From Antedon mediterranea (lineage: Eukaryota; Animalia; Echinodermata), in assembly GCF_964355755.1 (NCBI RefSeq), contig NC_092672.1, positions 32,308,437-32,372,436 on the forward strand: a DNA stretch of 64,000 nucleotides, read 5' to 3'. Position numbers and translations under genes: made by a program. The notes beneath the pieces were generated by a model, which saw only the letters and a program-made list of their open reading frames with translations, was not told where the DNA came from and searched no databases. Every line of letters starts with the position of its first letter. Within the stretch, counting starts at the first letter, position 1. Positions 58,274-64,000 of this stretch are shown here, piece by piece.

Positions 58274-61200
58274 ATGCAGGCACAAATAAGAGGCATTTGC
58301 AGGGATCATTTAAAAGGAAATTGCAGTAGTGGCAGTATGTGTCAGAGAATGCATTGTAATCTGCCTTATCAATGGCAATATAACGATGGCAGGCAGTGGC
58401 TTAAATTCAAAGACAGAATAAATTTGAAATTGGAAGGTAGATTCTGTGGTGACATCAATGATGCTAAGTCTTGGTCGTATTCTTGGCAGAACCGTCGTTC
58501 CACTGTGAATTCTACTGTGTAAGTTTTGGCCTCTTTGAGGTTGAGGTGCACAATAATATTATTGAAACAAAATTTAAATGCGTAATTACGAATTTACTTC
58601 ATAAAGAAATTCATGTTTATTTCTAACCGGAATAACCGAATAGGCTAGGTAGGAAATTCAAGAAGTTCACCTCACGGTTTTCTTTCTCGGAGCCAAAACC
58701 TGATGATTGCAATACAGTCTGTAATGTGCAAATGAAATGTTGAAAGTTTAACATTCATTTAGAAATGACCATAGTATAAAAAACACTTTTTAAGAAACCT
58801 TCTATTCTGTACCCATAGTTTGAATTTTATTCTAATGTTTATCATCAATACCTGTTTTAAACCTTTGTACAGATCTGTGACTTTTGATGACATGTGTAGA
58901 TTTGATGGGCTAAACAAATTCTTAGTCCAACGCCTCGAGGTCGAAGGTGACGATGATAATTCGGATGCTGATCTAATATCTCCTTGGATATGGTATTTCA
59001 ATGGTGATGACCGGTGGATGGAATATAGTAAAGAGGTAAGTTGTAATCAGTAACCGAATACATGTTCGGCTGTTCTCAAATGTACTTTTTCATTTACGTC
59101 AGAGTAATTTCGACTGGATTCTGCCAACAACAATCATCACCTTGCTTTTATTATTATTTATTGTAATACAGAATTCAGACAAAGTAAACAACGCTTATGA
59201 AATTGGAATCACAACAGCTAACTTTGTAGCTGGTGATCAACACTACACTTTAAACTTCTTCGATATGTCCCAAACCAATCACGTATACGAAACTAAACGG
59301 TCTGTTTGTCGAAGACCAGTGAAACAGATAAAATCAGAAGATGTTGAGAAGTACAGAGAAGATAAACCTTGGTAAAAGACTATATTATTGTGTATTATTC
59401 CTTGTATTTTATTTATTTTGGTATTTCAAATCAGAATAACACTCTATAGGCTTCTAAATCATTACAGTTAGCTATCATTATTAAACTGAAACGAATAAAT
59501 ATTATTTATTATGTAACCTTTAAAAACCAAGTAAACGGTAACTGTAATAGCCCACCTTCTAGCTCTGAATCGGAAGATTCTGAATGTGAATTGGAACTTA
59601 CTTATGATCTGTGTTTTTCATCCTGTGTGGATATCGATGCTTTGTATGTATTTTGTTACCTTTGTACAGCAATTCTTTCTTTTAAATTGTTCACATTTTT
59701 TTTAGTACAGTATATATTAGTGTATAGCTACTGCACATTCAAAATATTTAGGATTCTGGGATATTTTTAGTCGCGTGGGCGCGACTCTATAGTTCACTAT
59801 GTCGGTCGGTCGGTCTGTCGGTCTGTCTGTCGGTCCGGTATCACTATGCGTTTTATCGCTTTTCTGTACTTTTTGAACTGTTTTGATGTCAACATGTGGG
59901 CATTTACGTGAAATTGTGCACCTCCTATTGTGAATGACGTTAGAGTTGCGCAACGTGATTTACGTGCGATTTAACGATTTTCTCGTATTTAACATAGGTC
60001 AAAAACCAAATAACATTTTAAATTGAAACTTTGCAGAAGTTTAATTTATATCAGGCGCTAACTTTCTGTTGAAAAAAAATGTGTGTTTTACACAAAGTTA
60101 CGCGCGCATGCGCATTTAAAATTTTAAAATGCGCAAAATTAATTTTTAATAAACTTTCTACGCGTTTCTTGTCATTTTAAGCATGTCAAAAATTCCCATA
60201 CGCGCGCAAATTTTTACGCGCGCGGTGCGCACGTAGCGTTAAATACATACTTTTTTCGCGTGATTTATGTTTTTGCAGCCTTTTATAATAATTTTACCAA
60301 CTTTTAAACAATTTCGACTTAAAATTACGTCGTACGAGCACGTCGAATTGGATAATTTGCGCACGTTTTTGATGAAAAAGTTCAAAAATTCGTAAGACTC
60401 TATAGTTCACTATGTCGGTCGGTATGTCTGTCGGTCTGTCTGTCGGTCCGGTATCACTATGCATTGTAGCACGCGACTTAATGGCTGTTGGCCTTGTTAT
60501 TTGTAGACTGTACTGTACATTGGTTGTTTTTTCCTTCTAAAAATAAATTCTTTACCAGAATTTTAAACTAAATACTGTAGTATTACAAAAATTACATATT
60601 CCATTGAATATAGTGTACAAAGAATATAAGAATATTTTACAGACGTGTACATAATTCGAATGTTGATATTTCACCGGATTTTTAAATGGATAAAGGAAAA
60701 AAACTGTTCATTCCATACTGGAATATAATGTTGGAAATCTCATTTTCTTTGTAAATATCGACATAATTTTTGTTAAGATCAGAGTTAGATCTACTGCCAT
60801 AAATTCACAACGCTAGTTTATTTTCCATACTATATATACTTGACACTGCATGTAATCTTATTTTTCATTCAAACACATTTACGTACACCAGCGGTTCCGG
60901 GCCTACATTATAGATTGACCGTCCATACAGTACACCTGAGAACAACTCTTTTCATCGAATAATGTGCTCTGTTACAACCGCTAATGTAGAAAACGCCAGC
61001 TAATGTCGAAACAACCGCTAATGTAGAACAATCCACCGCTAATGTAGTAAAACCTCCAGCTAATGTAGAAACACCAACTGCTTATGTAGGCCTAGTAAAT
61101 ACAAAGTCATGCTCCTATCTTTCCCATTAGGATTTCAATTACAATGAATATCAGTAATTTCAGATGGTCGCAGCCTTTTTGATGATAACATAATATAAGT

Positions 61201-61511
61201 GTTAGGCCTAGAGATGGGAATACAGTGTGCAAATCATTGTGTTTATACTCCATCCAAGGCTTCTTCCGAATAGGAATACAGGCATTTGGCTCATTAATGT
61301 GTACAGTATACTCGCCTTTCAACAATATTACCTACTTTTATTGCAGGTTACACAGCCTTACAAAAACACATCGACTTGTAAGAGTTAGTAAGAAAACAGA
61401 TAGCAAAGAACATAAAGAAATATTAGAATTGTTTACAGCAACTCTTCCAGATGGAGCAATAACTCAGCTTGAGCGGATTGAAAATGAGTGCTGTAGGGAG
61501 GCATTTGCAAG
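58274..61511 (+). CDS. CCCH zinc finger-WWE-WWE-PARP protein (PARP12/TIPARP/ZAP group), 5' part; continues beyond the window
   Basis: Exons 58274-58518 (C-x7-C-x5-C-x3-H then LPYQWQY..W), 58873-59035 (WIWYF..RWMEY), 59172-59371 (YTLNFFDMSQTN..TKRSVCRRP), 61347-61511 (ITQLERIEN, start of the PARP domain), in phase. The start codon is tentative; possible upstream exons at about 53876-53891 and 57125-57330. Confidence 0.82.
59764..60498 (+). mobile_element. Helentron-associated (HINE/DINE-1-like) non-autonomous rolling-circle element
   Basis: T-run start, AGTCGCGT..CGCGACT sub-terminal hairpin, duplicated core with a (GTCG/GTCT)n microsatellite (59783-59848 and 60396-60462), 3' ACGCGACT inverted repeat followed by a short GGC..GCC stem and Ts. 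No TSD. Confidence 0.7.
60975..61090. repeat. ~21-bp degenerate minisatellite x6
   Basis: CCGCTAATGTAGAAACAA-like units. Confidence 0.75.
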
Positions 61512-61691
61512 GTATATTTTTAATTTTGTGTTATCGCGCGAAAATATAATCCCTGTTGGAGAAAAATATAATTCCCTCGGAGGATCTTAAAATGTTATAA
61601 GCAGTCAATATCTGTATATAGGCTACTGTATAATATCTAATATCTACAGGTCAACTAGTATTGTGATTCAAAGACCTTTGACTTTTTTATT

Positions 61692-62503
61692 CTTCAACTT
61701 CAACTTCAACTTTATTTTCCAATGTTGTTTTACAATGATAAATAATATTAAATTTTAAAACATAAGGAAGGAGCTAGAAAATAGTGTAAACACTAATCAA
61801 GTCCAGCCCCTTTTACATAAATTATACTTAACTAAATTTTTACAACTATGGGCAATAATTTCTTTCAGGCCTACAAATAATAAAAACTTAATAAGTTAAA
61901 ACAATCCCATTTATATATTTTAAAATTTAAATATTACTACACTTTTTCATAAATAAGATAAATAAAATAAATAATTATATAACTAAAGTAAGAATTGCTT
62001 TAATTTCCGTTTAAATATAATTTTAGAGTCATGTTTAATATTTTCTGGTATCTCGTTCCATGAATTAGCACCAGAATATCGGACAGAAAATTGACCAACA
62101 TTACTTTTGTATTTTGGAATAGCAAGATTTCCCCTTGCTTGAAATCTCGTTGAGTGACGATGCTGGGCATGTGAAAAATATTCTGGAATTCCCACGGGAA
62201 ACCTGCCATTAATACTGTCATGAACAAATAAAACTAACTGAAATGTATGTTGCTTATAAATATTTAGTATCCCCAGTTCTGTAAATAATGATGATGTATG
62301 TGCTAATCTATCAGAGTGTGTTATAGTGCGTACAATTCGTTTTTGGTTAAGGTGTATAGGTTTTAAATTTGTTGAATATGTGTTCCCCCATGCCTCTAGA
62401 GCATAGGATATATGGGGTAGAATAAAACAATTGTATAAGAGTAATAAAATTGACTGAGGAACAAAATTTCTCAGTTTATAGAGCACACCTGCCTTGGAAC
62501 TAA

Positions 62504-62537
<34 letters not shown>

Positions 62538-63500
62538 TCAAGTGTGACCCCTATATACACGGTTGATTCTACTTCGTCAATGTCTGTTCCTTTAACATGT
62601 ATTGCTCCGTTAGTTTTAATAGCCGTGTGTTTACCATGGAAAATTATATACTCTGTCTTTTTTGTATTAATGGTTAATTTATTTAAATCACACCAGTCCA
62701 CAATATTTTTAAATTTGCTATCTATATACTGCATGTCAATATCATCATGTGGATTAAAAGTATGGAACAAACTGGTATCGTCTGCAAACAAACGAATATC
62801 AAAGTAGTCAGTCACATGTGCAATGTCATTGATATATATATAAGGAACAATGTAGGCCCCAATACTGACCCTTGGGGTACACCGCAACTTATGGAAAGTT
62901 CATTTGAATCGATACCGTTTATACTCACATATTGTTTTCTGTTATATAGGTAATTTTTTTAAAAAGCCAATGGTAACCTCCGAATCCCATATGAATATAA
63001 TTTATTTATTAGAATGCTATGGTTCACCGTATCGAAGGCTTTTTTTAGATCCAAGAATATCCCCAAAACTACATTTCCCTTGTCAATTTCATCTGACAGT
63101 TTCTGTGTCAGGTCTGTGATAGCTAGTTTTGTACTATAATTCTCTCTGAAACCATATTGGTGAGAGTACAATAAATCAAAGCGGGATAAATAAGATGTAA
63201 GTTGTTTATTAAATATTTTTTCAAAAACTTTACTAAACTGCGGAAGTATAGATACCGGTCTATAGTTACTTGGATCAGACGGTAAACCTTTTTTAAAAAT
63301 GGGTATCACTTTCGCCTTTTTTAACGCATCGGGGAAAGTCCCCTTAGAAAACGATAGATTTATTAAATATGCGAGGGGTTGACTAATGTAATTTGCTGCT
63401 AAAATAATTAATTTGGGGCTTATCTGATCTATTCCCCCACAGCCTTATTTTTATCTAATCTAATTAAAATATCGTATACTTCATTTTCATTTGTACCTGT
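61692..63500 (-). mobile_element. Decayed 5'-truncated LINE (CR1/L2 group RT) in the PARP gene intron
   Basis: Frameshifted fragments NYRPVSIL, QYGFR, FLDLKKAFDTV, CGVPQGS.LGP, LFADDT, HISYALEAWG, FSVRYSGANSWN; (GTTGAA)n 3' tail at about 61692-61711. Confidence 0.92.
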
Positions 63501-64000
63501 ATGTTTTCGCAATATCTCAAAAAGAAAAAAAAAGTAAAATCTAAAGGAAGGTACATAAAGAATATATTTTAGAATTGCTATGCAGTGGCATTTATGAATT
63601 TCTTTGCTTAAATAAACATTTAAAACCATAAGCATCATTTTATCAATTTGTTTAAACAATTATATTAAAACAACTTTTATTATTGTTTGCTTGGGGTTAA
63701 ATATCAAATGATTGAGTTACGATAATGTTGCAGTTTAAAGAATGTTTGATAGATCCAGATGTTAGTGACTCATAATAATTTTATATTCTTGTATCTTCAC
63801 CTTGTTATTAAAATGTCTTCAATATATTGATTTCATAATGTAAATTATGATGAAGAAAAGTCTAATAACGATTATTAACAACGAGTTCAATGTCGACATA
63901 ATCGCTCACACACTACTGGTAATCTTTTCAGTTCCATTCAGTTACTGAAAATTCAACGTTAGTGCACTTCTGGTCGAATTGAGTTGCTTTCAGTTCCTGG

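Overview
This is AT-rich, intron-containing animal genomic DNA. Gene and repeat content suggest an invertebrate deuterostome, probably an echinoderm (inference). Genes reconstructed by hand from GT-AG boundaries with consistent phases: (1) an intronless RING-less B-box/coiled-coil/filamin/NHL (TRIM2/3-like) gene on -; (2) SEC62 on + (8 coding exons); (3) a 16-exon, 961-aa ionotropic glutamate receptor-family gene on - with a non-canonical ligand pocket; (4) ILKAP (PP2C) on - (9 exons); (5) five intronless class A GPCR paralogues on +, all nested inside ILKAP's 13.4-kb intron 5, one of them frameshifted and carrying a 20-fold amplification of a TM5 segment; (6) the 5' part of a CCCH-WWE-WWE-PARP gene on +. 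Between SEC62 and the iGluR is a rearranged block: a duplicated iGluR 3' region, an array of alternating hairpins, and a young APE-RT LINE with a virus-like 2A motif (DVESNPGP) whose 5' end is fused to about 305 bp copied from nearby DNA. Paralogue comparisons inside the window show repeated TA-to-TA(CAG/CTG/GCC/GGCC)TA changes that look like DNA-transposon excision footprints. MITEs, SINEs, a Helentron-type element, LINE relics and minisatellites fill the introns. No CRISPR, rRNA or intact tRNA was found. Coordinates were counted by hand and no database searches were run.
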